A stretch of DNA of 55,621 nucleotides, from the IMG/VR virus record IMGVR_UViG_3300042327_001345, positions 1 through 55,621 of that record; one strand, written 5' to 3'. Positions within the stretch are counted from its first letter, which is position 1, and every line of letters starts with the position of its first letter. This DNA comes from a virus. Taxonomy: Duplodnaviria; Caudoviricetes. A program made the translations under genes and the position numbers. The notes under the pieces are model-generated. The model was not told the DNA's origin. It searched no databases and saw nothing but the letters and a program-made list of their open reading frames with translations. Below are positions 8,401-16,864 of the stretch, piece after piece.

Positions 8401-9706
8401 CGGCGCATTCATTGATCCCCGCACTGGGCAGGTGTTGGATGCCAACATTGTCGAAGACTTGGGCGTGGTCATTGATCCTAAAACCAATCGGCCCATGATG
8501 TCGTCCGGCGCACAGTCGCAGATCGAGGTGCTGGATCCAAAGACCGGCTCGTACACCAAGAGCAATTTGGTGCGTAAGGGCCTGTTCAAGCCCGAGGGCG
8601 GCGATCCATTGCTCAACGACCTGAACTTCATCGCGACCATCGAGAAGGGCGACGTTGGCCACAAGTACGGCCTGTCAACGGAATACGCCTCACCAACGGA
8701 ACTGTTCAACACCCAGACTGGCGCAAACCCCACGCTCCGCCCACGGAGCCGCGGTGACCTGTTCGGCATGGGTGAGGTTGTCGGGCGCGTGAAGATCGGC
8801 AGGAGTGAGCCGCATGATGTGTATGAGAAGCTATTCGTGGCCCCCAAAGGCTCCGATGTGCCCGGCAAGAAGCTGAACAAGGCCAAGGGTGGTCTGGCTA
8901 GGGCGGCGGTCACCAAGGCCCCCAAGCCCCCATCAGTAGTCCAATCGCTGGCTGATGAAGTCCGCGCCGAAATGGCCGCAGAAAAAGAAGCCGGGCAACT
9001 CAGCGCCAAGGCGCGTGCCGATCAAAGTCTCAAAGAAGCTTCAATGGGCATGACGCGCACCGTGCCCAGAGAGCAGGCCGACCTGAACCTCAAAGACTTT
9101 TTGGCTGAGAGCGTTGACAAAAACAGGTACTACCACGGCACGTTCAGGGATCCCGCCTCCGACAGGGGCAAAGGCTTCAAAGAATTCCGTACCGGCCAAG
9201 CCGACTCCTCATTCCTAAGCCCTGACCCCACATTCGCTGGTGGCTACGCTGGTGGCACGTTGATGCCGCTCAAGCCAGAGTTCCAAAAGCATGGCAAGTT
9301 TCAGATGCCCGATCCAGACAGATACCAGATGCCTGAAGGCACTCGTGTGATGCCCGTCTATGCTCAGGTCAAAAAGCCGTTTGATTATGAAAACCGTGAG
9401 CACGTCAAAATGTTGGCCGAGCACCTGCGCCAGCAGGGCGTGCCCGCCAGTCAGATCATGCGTGACATCAAAGTCATCAGCGCCCCAGACGAGGCCAACA
9501 ATTGGATGGCTTTGGAAAAGGGCTACATCGTCAGGGCTTTAAAAGATCTAGGCCATGACGGCATGTACGTCAAAGAGCTTGATACCAAAAACTTGGGCGT
9601 ATTCAACCCCAACGTAATCAAGTCTGCCATTGGCAACAAGGGCACGTACGACACAAGCAAAAAAGACATAACGCAAAAGAAGGGTGGCCTCGTTGGAACA
9701 CTATAA
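5489..9706 (+). CDS. 1405-aa polyvalent (multi-module) protein with PcfJ-like domain (~7510-7860) and C-terminal ART-PolyVal-like ADP-ribosyltransferase (~9128-9673)
   Basis: EGEMMGHCVGDYC...SLRDKNGDPHVTVEV; YYHGT...FLSPDPTFAGGYA...VMPVY...LGHDG...VFNPNVIKSAIGNKGTYD; modules separated by xKGGL motifs. Confidence 0.8.
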   Translation: MAKIKPLARAADTNPSVVMSLADEVRAEMAADKAAKLDKNQLEAKRKQYEASRPPVKASEAYGQHEGSYIKPIFYDRMQVDLSKGKFGGPGFSGIQLVDPEYQKARAVAGVTDQKMATRLINRNKAQVPKGAKVIWTPSVGGLEQHKSNSTMFSEFADIFANQRKNMSPEEIQKLSDRASTMTDNNGRLIFPNGIDLSSRNFRKAVKTYDQRALMADIFAGRGVGGEKGRTVPMEELLQKNLDPNMAQAGTLDLGNRLFRLDDNVIDRPDLHSDYPKILTGEDLDVNYLPTPIATVFEDFKTAKELEKGRDITLMDYTKNDPTQLLTEDLLTRMQKAGYRKGGLARMNKGGAMKRLFGMGDESAPAIRSGQTSFDQAPAKVSPLSIMRNEQTPLPVNFNDEEFRKQVGQALTPYPPHYEAAALRAIEDLEAAKIKFPEQAAHTQEQIDRHVNNLKADRAARQFGGSQLSNYMIKKMGTPSDPMRKLAQQGISAVPTELKKTPNAIATRVAGRNPMDVANKRVMTANAGLHSAGVEGQVAKEAGKPLIQALRDPQTALAANIEYGLDSMLQPIARKNDLSASPEQLKYFKEDEVFVQPEVNPQAFEAVGFTRLSKELQDAIISGEIRPEQVSKISMEDLTRRVHKGDVKREQEALAEKKRLAGGLLTHETYGNGFSWQEFAPKRELPEGYTQDASGAFIDPKGNKSVIHPGYDNLQRQLEAEGEMMGHCVGDYCDKVWGGETRVLSLRDKNGDPHVTVEVKPNGDVNQIYGHGNEDVIPKYTEYVKDYLNKGSFGNVDLSTVPGLYDTEFRVYGGARYEPLPGHKPLSLDKHSIKPMIRDILKGKGFNVNRFVNEKERAEVRKALSEITEDDYNRYMDAKFGAGSERLPFQTAMPQEFNKGGLAKKLLGAAKEPKSYGAVDEMVAKVGAEGRSPIVPVPNRWFLYPDKFPNQQKLVERILATTGKRRLDFPSGAFIDPRTGQVLDANIVEDLGVVIDPKTNRPMMSSGAQSQIEVLDPKTGSYTKSNLVRKGLFKPEGGDPLLNDLNFIATIEKGDVGHKYGLSTEYASPTELFNTQTGANPTLRPRSRGDLFGMGEVVGRVKIGRSEPHDVYEKLFVAPKGSDVPGKKLNKAKGGLARAAVTKAPKPPSVVQSLADEVRAEMAAEKEAGQLSAKARADQSLKEASMGMTRTVPREQADLNLKDFLAESVDKNRYYHGTFRDPASDRGKGFKEFRTGQADSSFLSPDPTFAGGYAGGTLMPLKPEFQKHGKFQMPDPDRYQMPEGTRVMPVYAQVKKPFDYENREHVKMLAEHLRQQGVPASQIMRDIKVISAPDEANNWMALEKGYIVRALKDLGHDGMYVKELDTKNLGVFNPNVIKSAIGNKGTYDTSKKDITQKKGGLVGTL

Positions 9707-11225
9707 ACTTTTAGAAGGCTGGGGCCACGGCGATCTGGTCAAGCACATGAAGGCTGGCGGATCCGCCGATTCATTCGACCCCGAGAAGCCGTCACCCATT
9801 TATGTCCCGGCGCTGGCCGAACTGCGCGAAACGTTTGCTGGCATGAAAAACCCAATCGCTGACGGAACCAATGTTCAGTCCTACGCAGAGGCTGGATTCG
9901 TCGAGCCGTTTGGCGTGGATTCGTCCCCGCCAGAAGACGAAGACTCTGAATTCATGCGACGCATGGCCAAGAAGCTGAGCGAAAAATTTGGCCGGGAGGT
10001 CAAGACGCTGGCCACCAAGCCCCGGGCATTGGCTGATTTCATCGTAGATGACATTGGCGCAAACATGGCCGGTGGCATGGGCGACTACATGAACATGCCG
10101 CTGGAAGCCATTGATTATTTGCGAGAACAAGCCGCAGTCCAGAACAAGCGTGGCTACGTGCCCGAGTCCGTAATGGGCGGCAAGATGGTTCCCCCAAAGG
10201 TCAACAAGCTGGCCATGCCTGAGGATCGCAACTTTTCATCCAAAGGCGCAAAGGCACTGAACAAGAAATACGGCTTGAGTTCCGGTAAGAATGAAACCCC
10301 GATGCTGAGCGACGTGGCATCGTTTGTGGCCGATCCCTTGCTGGTAGCTGGCCCGCTGGGCAAAGCCTCCAAAACAATCATCCAAGAGGGCTTACCCCGG
10401 GCAACCGAGATGGGCATGAACGCCGCCTACCCGGCCATGCGCAGGCCATTCACCCCGGTTGACATCACGGTAGAGGGTGTCGGCCCGGATCTGGGCAAAT
10501 ACAAAAGCCCAGCGTTTCAGGACTACATCACCAAGCAAAGCGTTGGCGAGGGCACGGAAGTCCCAATGACCACGATTGGCGGACGCAAGGCCAAAGAGCG
10601 CAAGGGTCAGGGCGTTTACATGAACGAGGACACCCCGCCGACACTTGAAACCAATCCGATGAAAGCGTTCAGCGTGCGTAGCGGCGACTTGTCCACCGAC
10701 AAGAAGCTACGAGCCGATGTAGCCACCGCTGGCCGCAGTTTGAACCAAGAGGCCATGGCCGCACACCGGTTCTTGCCAATCGCCACGAACAACATAAAGG
10801 ACGCGTCGGCAATGCTGATTGGAAGCAAGTCTGGCAGGCCGTTGACCAAAGAAGAAGTGATTCTGATTGGCCAACAATTGCCCGGCATGATCGTGTCGCA
10901 TAACCCGCGCACAGGCTCGGTGTTTGTTGCTCCGTTTCAATCCAAGGCAAACGCGGTTGACAAAGAACTGCTGGACGCGCAAGCCGCCGCTCGCAACGTT
11001 TTAGGCAAAGATGCCAAGACGCAATTGGGCCGTGCGGACGAGAAAAAAGACCTGATGTATATGCATAGCTCTACTTACGCAGAAGAAGGTGCCCGACCAA
11101 TTGACCCAGCCGCCAAGGCCAAGAGGGACGCTTTGCGGAAGATGGATCGTTCGTTTGTTGACCCTTCAAAATTGCGTCGCGTGCCAAGTAATGCGAAGCC
11201 TTTGCCTGCCAATACAGCCAATTAA
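9684..11225 (+). CDS. Hypothetical 513-aa protein with N-terminal MKAGG tag; putative virion cargo or effector
   Basis: Long ORF overlapping the upstream gene end; lies between terL and portal. Confidence 0.75.
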   Translation: MASLEHYKLLEGWGHGDLVKHMKAGGSADSFDPEKPSPIYVPALAELRETFAGMKNPIADGTNVQSYAEAGFVEPFGVDSSPPEDEDSEFMRRMAKKLSEKFGREVKTLATKPRALADFIVDDIGANMAGGMGDYMNMPLEAIDYLREQAAVQNKRGYVPESVMGGKMVPPKVNKLAMPEDRNFSSKGAKALNKKYGLSSGKNETPMLSDVASFVADPLLVAGPLGKASKTIIQEGLPRATEMGMNAAYPAMRRPFTPVDITVEGVGPDLGKYKSPAFQDYITKQSVGEGTEVPMTTIGGRKAKERKGQGVYMNEDTPPTLETNPMKAFSVRSGDLSTDKKLRADVATAGRSLNQEAMAAHRFLPIATNNIKDASAMLIGSKSGRPLTKEEVILIGQQLPGMIVSHNPRTGSVFVAPFQSKANAVDKELLDAQAAARNVLGKDAKTQLGRADEKKDLMYMHSSTYAEEGARPIDPAAKAKRDALRKMDRSFVDPSKLRRVPSNAKPLPANTAN

Positions 11226-11385
11226 ATGATGTACAGCAACGCAACGCATGTGCGCGAGTCATATAAGCCCCAACAATCTCGCTTGTCGGGACAAACAGCA
11301 CGCCCCAGTTTTCGGTGTCCAAAGGCACAACGACGTGTGGGTAGCCTTGCTTGTAATGCTCGCTGAAGTCAATTTGATAGCTCAT
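11071..11385 (-). CDS. Small antisense gene, probably leaderless; candidate immunity or regulator
   Basis: Fills the gap 11226-11414; minus-strand TGtTAAAAT (11400-11392) ends 6 nt before ATG 11385. Confidence 0.5.
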   Translation of the reverse strand: MSYQIDFSEHYKQGYPHVVVPLDTENWGVLFVPTSEIVGAYMTRAHALRCCTSFNWLYWQAKASHYLARDAILKGQQTNDPSSAKRPSWPWRLGQLVGHLLLRK

Positions 11386-11414
11386 AAACAAATTTTAACA
11401 TAAGGTTACACAAA

Positions 11415-13907
11415 ATGGCCACCAAACCCCCAATTACCTCAGAAAACGACGGAGAATACAACAGTGTTGTAGTTAATGAACTGGACGACGAGCTTGAGGA
11501 GGAAGTGGAAGTCGAGGCTCCCGAGGTCGAAGACGAGGACGTAGTTGAAACGCCTGATGGCGGCGCAATTGTGCGTATGCCCGACGAGTTCAAAGGCCCG
11601 CGGGAAGACGGCGAGTTCTACGAAAATCTGGCCGAGACGCTCGACATCTTTGATTTGTCCGACATTACGATCCGCTACCTTGACCTTGTTGACAAAGACA
11701 AGGAAGCCAGAAAGAAGCGCGACAAACAGTATGAAGACGGCATCCGTCGCACCGGTTTGGGTGATGATGCCCCGGGCGGCGCGTCGTTTATGGGCGCAAG
11801 CAAGGTGGTGCACCCCGTAATGGCTGAGGCTTGCGTGGACTTTGCGGCCAGTGCGATGAAAGAAATGTTCCCGCCAGACGGCCCTGTGCGTACACACATT
11901 CTGGGCGAGCAGACTGACGAAAAGGTTGACCGAGCCGAGCGCAAGCGCGACTACATGAACTGGCAACTCACGGAGCAAATCCAAGAATTCCGCGACGAGC
12001 AAGAGCAGTTGTTGACCCAATTGCCTTTGGGCGGCAGTCAGTACATGAAGATGTGGTACGACGAGAACCTTGGCCGTCCGTGCGCGGAGTTCATTCCGAT
12101 CGACAACATGCTTTTGCCCTTTGCGGCATCCAATTTCTACACCGCACAGCGCGTGTCGGAAATCCAAGACATCACGGAATGGGAATTTGAGCGACGCATC
12201 GAGTCGGGTTTGTACCGAGACATCACGTTTGTGCGGGCCTCAAGCGAGCCAGAAGAATCTGGCGCGGAAAAAGCCTCAAACAAGATCGAGGGGCGCGAAT
12301 TCAACGACAACGAAGACGGCTTGCGTCGTGTTTTCCACATTTATACGTGGCTCGAGCTTAAAGACGACAAATATGCAAGCGGCAAATCAGCCCCTTATAT
12401 CCTGATGATCGATGAATCGTCACTTAAAGCCGTGGGTTTGTATCGCAACTGGGAAAAAGGCGACGCTCGCATGACCAAGCTGGACTGGCTGGTCGAGTTC
12501 AAGTTCATCCCTTGGCGTGGCGCGTACGCAATCGGCTTGCCCCACCTGATTGGCGGGCTGTCTGCGGCCCTCACAGGCGCTTTGCGGGCCCTTTTGGACA
12601 CCGCCCACGTCAACAACTCGCTGACCATGCTCAAGCTCAAGGGCGGGCGCAACAGCGGCCAGACCCAACAGCCTGAAATCACGCAGGTCACGGAGATTGA
12701 AGCGGCTCCCGGCATCGATGACATCCGCAAAATTGCCATGCCCATGCCTTTTAACCAGCCAAGCCCGGTTTTGTTCCAGTTGTTGGAATGGCTGAGCAAC
12801 GCGGCTAAGGGTGTTGTGAGCACGGCAGAGGAAAAAATCGCTGATGTCAACAGCAACATGCCCGTTGGCACGACTCAGGCGCTTATCGAGCAAGGCGCTA
12901 AGGTTTTTAGTTCAATTCACGCCCGTATGCACGACTCGCAACGCCGAGTTTTGCAAATTTTGGGTCGGATCAACCGCTGGTACTTGGATGAACAGTACAA
13001 AGGCGAGATGGTCGAGGATTTGCAGATTTCAAAGTCGGATTTTGATCGCAACAGCGACATCGTTCCCGTTTCTGACCCGCACATCTTCAGCGAAACACAG
13101 CGCATGGCCCAAATGCAGGCGGTTATGCAGTTGATGGCCACTTATCCACAGAGTTTTGACCAAAACGCCGTGTTGAGCCGCGTTATGAAGCAACTCAAGA
13201 TCCCCAACGCCAACGAATTGATGCCATCACAGACAAAAGCGCAGGAAATGGACGCGTCAAACGAGAATGCGGCTATGGCGCTTGGTAAGCAAGCGTTCGC
13301 TTACGCCAGACAAGACCAGTTGGCCCACATTCAGACGCATTTGGACTTTGCTTTGGATCCAAACTTGGGGTCAAACCCTTTGATTGCGCAGACTTACACG
13401 CCATTGGTGATGGAACACATCAAACAGCACATGATGCTGTGGTACACAAACCAGATGGAAACCTACGTCACGGCTGGCAGTTCCGTGGAACTGGGCAAAT
13501 ACGAAGACAACAAGCTGGCCAGCACGCTGGACAAGGCCATGGCAATTGCCGCCGCACACGTCAAGCTGGACTCGGCAGAAACGTTTGCCAAGGTCGTGCC
13601 AGCCCTCCAAGAGCTTGGAAAGCTTATGCAAGGCTTCCAGCAAAAGCCGCCACTGGACTCAGATGCCGAGGCCGTGTTGCAGGCTTCGTTGGCCGAAACA
13701 CAGCGTCGTGCGGCGCGAGATCAAGCCGACATCGAACTGAAAAAGCGGGATCAGGAAATTAAGGTTGCCATGAACGCCGAAAACAACCTTACAACAGAGC
13801 GCATCAAAACAGCCGATATTTCTGCTGACGAGATACGACTGCGTAGCGAGCAGGAAAAAACTGCCATTCAACTTAACCAGCAAGCACAACGTGATTTAAG
13901 GAGTTAA
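11415..13907 (+). CDS. Portal protein (podovirus-like, with coiled-coil C-terminus)
   Basis: 830 aa, largely helical, between terminase and scaffold/capsid; HPVMAEACVDF, LPLGGSQYMK, PVGTTQALIEQG, IVPVSDP motifs typical of this phage group. Confidence 0.78.
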   Translation: MATKPPITSENDGEYNSVVVNELDDELEEEVEVEAPEVEDEDVVETPDGGAIVRMPDEFKGPREDGEFYENLAETLDIFDLSDITIRYLDLVDKDKEARKKRDKQYEDGIRRTGLGDDAPGGASFMGASKVVHPVMAEACVDFAASAMKEMFPPDGPVRTHILGEQTDEKVDRAERKRDYMNWQLTEQIQEFRDEQEQLLTQLPLGGSQYMKMWYDENLGRPCAEFIPIDNMLLPFAASNFYTAQRVSEIQDITEWEFERRIESGLYRDITFVRASSEPEESGAEKASNKIEGREFNDNEDGLRRVFHIYTWLELKDDKYASGKSAPYILMIDESSLKAVGLYRNWEKGDARMTKLDWLVEFKFIPWRGAYAIGLPHLIGGLSAALTGALRALLDTAHVNNSLTMLKLKGGRNSGQTQQPEITQVTEIEAAPGIDDIRKIAMPMPFNQPSPVLFQLLEWLSNAAKGVVSTAEEKIADVNSNMPVGTTQALIEQGAKVFSSIHARMHDSQRRVLQILGRINRWYLDEQYKGEMVEDLQISKSDFDRNSDIVPVSDPHIFSETQRMAQMQAVMQLMATYPQSFDQNAVLSRVMKQLKIPNANELMPSQTKAQEMDASNENAAMALGKQAFAYARQDQLAHIQTHLDFALDPNLGSNPLIAQTYTPLVMEHIKQHMMLWYTNQMETYVTAGSSVELGKYEDNKLASTLDKAMAIAAAHVKLDSAETFAKVVPALQELGKLMQGFQQKPPLDSDAEAVLQASLAETQRRAARDQADIELKKRDQEIKVAMNAENNLTTERIKTADISADEIRLRSEQEKTAIQLNQQAQRDLRS

Positions 13908-13909
13908 CC

Positions 13910-14080
13910 ATGAGCACAAACGGAAAAATTGGCGGTACACCACCCGGCCCTACACGACAGCACTATCGTCTGGCCACAGGTCAAAGCGTCAATGAAATGC
14001 AATCACAAACAGCGACCACGGCGAACAAAAAGAGCATGGGCGGATTGGCCGCTCTCAAACAGCCCAAAGGCAAAAAGTAA
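13910..14080 (+). CDS. Small basic protein (56 aa) with KSMGGLAAL tag; not in ORF track
   Basis: AAGGAG RBS; MSTNGKIGGTPPGPTRQHYRLATGQSVNEMQSQTATTANKKSMGGLAALKQPKGKK*. Confidence 0.75.
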   Translation: MSTNGKIGGTPPGPTRQHYRLATGQSVNEMQSQTATTANKKSMGGLAALKQPKGKK

Positions 14081-14082
14081 GT

Positions 14083-14265
14083 ATGCGTCTTGTCAGCGAT
14101 TTAATTAGCGCTATCAAAACTCGCCAGTCGGACTTGAAAGACTCATTAGCCGGGGGTTATGCCCTGAACATTGAGTCTTACAACCGAATGGTTGGTCAAT
14201 ACGCAGGCTTGCAAGAGTCGTTGGATATTCTTGAACGTTTAATGGATGAAGAAAATGATGAGTGA
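14083..14265 (+). CDS. Small helical hypothetical protein adjacent to GroES
   Basis: 60 aa; ESYNRMVGQYAGLQESL; closely coupled to flanking genes. Confidence 0.75.
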   Translation: MRLVSDLISAIKTRQSDLKDSLAGGYALNIESYNRMVGQYAGLQESLDILERLMDEENDE

Positions 14266-14692
14266 TAGCACGGTAGCGGGTTATGCCGCTGATGTAGAGG
14301 AGGCTTTTCCTCTTGTAGACCCCGGAGCAAGACCACTTGGCGCACGAGTTTTAGTACAACTGCGTCGGACAAAAAAGACAGTCACTGCAAGCGGGATTGT
14401 GTTGGTTGAAGAAACACGGGAAACCGAAAAATGGCAAAACATGGTTGGCAAAGTTCTTATGTTGGGCCCTCTGGCCTTTCGTAAGCGCGACTCCATGGAG
14501 CCGTGGGTGGAAGGTGTGTGGGTAAAAGAAGGCGACTTCGTGCGCGTGCCCAAGTGGGGCGGCGACCGCTGGGAGGTTCCTATGCCCAACGCTGAACACG
14601 ATGATGACCCCGTCCTTTTTATGGTTCTCAACGACCATGAATTGATCGCCACCGTCACTGGCAACCCACTTGCAATGAAGGCATTCATATGA
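14258..14692 (+). CDS. groES: GroES/Cpn10-like co-chaperonin
   Basis: RPLGARVLV...TASGIVL...GKVLMLGP...VKEGDFV..PKWGG...VLNDHELIATV. Confidence 0.88.
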   Translation: MSDSTVAGYAADVEEAFPLVDPGARPLGARVLVQLRRTKKTVTASGIVLVEETRETEKWQNMVGKVLMLGPLAFRKRDSMEPWVEGVWVKEGDFVRVPKWGGDRWEVPMPNAEHDDDPVLFMVLNDHELIATVTGNPLAMKAFI

Positions 14693-15675
14693 GCACAGAA
14701 CAAAATACCCAAGAGGTTATGTACATTCAGGAGGCCGCGGATGGTGGTGCAGTCGTTGACTTGCCGCCAAGCATTCCAAGCCCAGAAGCCCAGCAAAACG
14801 AATCGGTTGATCCAGTAGAAACCGATGACGATGATGCGGCGGCGGAAGCCGCTGAGATACAAGCCAATGGATTCGTAGATCCAGAAGCACAAGCCATTCG
14901 CGAAGCTAAACGCGCAAAACGTCGCTCACGCAAGGACTACCATCGCTCAGTACAGGCAGAAAAAGATGCCAAGCTGGCCATGCTGGAACAGCAAAACCGA
15001 CAGTTGTTGGAGCGCGTACAGGTTGTCGAGCGCAAAGCCTTAGGGCAAGACTTGGCACGACTGGACAAGCGCATCAGCGACGAACAGAACAGCATCATTT
15101 ACGCAAAACAAAAAATTAAAGAAGCCGCTGATACCGGCAACGGCGATTTGATGGTGAGCGCTCAAGAACTGCTGTTAGAAGCCTCGCGTAACTATGAAAG
15201 TTTAGTTAATCAAAAACGCAGGTTCACAACTCCGCCGCCACAAAAAGAAGAAGCGCCAGACCCCATGGTCACGCGTCATTCACAACGGTGGATTTCAAAA
15301 AACACTTGGTACAACCCCCGGGGCCAAGACCGCGATTCCAAAATCGCCTTGGCCGAAGATCAACAGCTTGTCAGCGAAGGGTACGACCCGTCGTCACAAG
15401 ATTATTGGTTTGAGCTTGACAAACGCTTGCAAAAAGTCTTGCCCCATAGGTATACTGATGACATGGACGAAAATCCAGTGAGGACTCAAAGGCCAAGAAA
15501 TTTTCAAACAGGATCAGGCCGCGAACATGCATCGTCTTCAGATGGTCGAAACACCATCACGCTATCACCCGAAAAGGTGAGAGCAATGAAAGATGCAGGT
15601 ATGTGGGACGATCCCGTCAAACGAGCAAAGATGATTAAACGATACGCGCTCGAAGCAAAAAATTTAAATACCTAA
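14689..15675 (+). CDS. Putative capsid scaffolding protein
   Basis: Acidic N-terminus, long coiled coil, C-terminal LSPEKVRAMKDAGM; upstream of capsid genes. Confidence 0.65.
   Translation: MSTEQNTQEVMYIQEAADGGAVVDLPPSIPSPEAQQNESVDPVETDDDDAAAEAAEIQANGFVDPEAQAIREAKRAKRRSRKDYHRSVQAEKDAKLAMLEQQNRQLLERVQVVERKALGQDLARLDKRISDEQNSIIYAKQKIKEAADTGNGDLMVSAQELLLEASRNYESLVNQKRRFTTPPPQKEEAPDPMVTRHSQRWISKNTWYNPRGQDRDSKIALAEDQQLVSEGYDPSSQDYWFELDKRLQKVLPHRYTDDMDENPVRTQRPRNFQTGSGREHASSSDGRNTITLSPEKVRAMKDAGMWDDPVKRAKMIKRYALEAKNLNT
15427..15456 (+). promoter_or_regulatory. Candidate sigma70 promoter inside scaffold gene, facing capsid genes
   Basis: TTGCAA-18 nt-TATACT. Confidence 0.4.
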
Positions 15676-15687
15676 GGAGTTCAAAAA

Positions 15688-16233
15688 ATGGATAAACGTC
15701 TAAAGAAAAACCTTTCTGCTGGTGGACGCGAAGATCGCGCAAGTCTTGACTCAAGTCGAGAGGCCCCAGAGAAAACGTTCGTATCAACCGATGAGCATTT
15801 TGCAGAGCAAATGTGGAAGGATGAATGGACACAACAGGCATTGCCCACTGCCCCCCAGATACCCGGGTTCCATGTGACTTGGTTATCTACCACGAACAGT
15901 TACGACAGTATCGATAAACGAATCCGACTTGGATACACACACGTCACGGCGAATGAGGTGTCCGGTTTTGAAAATTATCGAGTAAAAGCTGGTGAGCATG
16001 TAGGTTTCGTAGCGTGTAATGAAATGCTTTTGTTCAAAATCCCGAATGGGCTTTACCAAAAGATCATGAAGCATTTTCACCACGATGCGCCGCTTGAAGA
16101 AGCGAACAAGATTCGTCTTGACGCGACAAAACAAGTGGCACGAGATAGCTCAGGACGTAGGCTCGGAGTGGTTGAAGGTGAGGGTATGGACAATATTGAT
16201 GCACCCGTTGCTTGCCCAACTTTTGAAGGCTAA
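15688..16233 (+). CDS. Hypothetical head-module protein
   Basis: AAGGAG RBS; between scaffold and capsid genes. Confidence 0.75.
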   Translation: MDKRLKKNLSAGGREDRASLDSSREAPEKTFVSTDEHFAEQMWKDEWTQQALPTAPQIPGFHVTWLSTTNSYDSIDKRIRLGYTHVTANEVSGFENYRVKAGEHVGFVACNEMLLFKIPNGLYQKIMKHFHHDAPLEEANKIRLDATKQVARDSSGRRLGVVEGEGMDNIDAPVACPTFEG

Positions 16234-16263
16234 GCAAAGTTTTTTTAAACAAGGAGTGAGACT

Positions 16264-16848
16264 ATGTCTTCAACTAATGCTCCGTTCGGTATGCGCCCGT
16301 CGTTCCACCCTTCTGGTTTGGATCGTGCACAAGCGCTTGCTGGCGGAATCGCGTCTGGCTTATCCTCGAACATCTTGAAGGGTCAGCCCGTCAAGTATGT
16401 AGCGTCGGCGGGAACAATCACCCCTGTCACTGGCACTGAAGCTTTTGCTGGTGCCTTTGCTGGTGTGGAGTACACCGATGCAACAGGTTTGCGTCGTGTA
16501 AATAACCAATGGCCCGCCAACACCACTTACCTAGCCGGTTCGTGCGTAGCGTATTTCTACAACGACATCAACATCGTTTATGAAATTCAGGCTGATGGTT
16601 CAGTTGCACAAACTTCAATTGGCAACGAAGCCAACTTCACTACCGCCAATTTGGCGGCAGGCTCGCAAGTCACTGGTTTGTCCGCGGCCACCCTGTCCAA
16701 CTCTTTGGTTGGTAACGGTGTCCAAGGTCAAATGCGTATTGTTGACATTTCGCCCGACTTGAACAACGCGTGGGGCGATGCCTTCACCATTGTTCGTGCC
16801 GTTAATGCAGAATCACAAATGTTCGGTAGCTTCACCGCATTTGCTTAA
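16264..16848 (+). CDS. Putative capsid decoration or minor capsid protein
   Basis: AAGGAG RBS; beta-rich, NAPFGMRP start; immediately upstream of MCP. Confidence 0.6.
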   Translation: MSSTNAPFGMRPSFHPSGLDRAQALAGGIASGLSSNILKGQPVKYVASAGTITPVTGTEAFAGAFAGVEYTDATGLRRVNNQWPANTTYLAGSCVAYFYNDINIVYEIQADGSVAQTSIGNEANFTTANLAAGSQVTGLSAATLSNSLVGNGVQGQMRIVDISPDLNNAWGDAFTIVRAVNAESQMFGSFTAFA

Positions 16849-16864
16849 TTAGGAGGACTAAAAA

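Noticed and set aside
8233-9009. Long antisense ORFs within large genes (e.g. 3651..4379, 8233..9009, 11439..12167, 17060..17845)
   Set aside because: Shadow ORFs expected from codon bias opposite well-supported genes; no independent signals
9674-9706. Possible programmed frameshift fusing the 1405-aa and 513-aa genes
   Set aside because: The short overlap is explained by a GTG start with upstream AAGAAGG; no convincing slippery heptamer plus structure. Not fully excluded.
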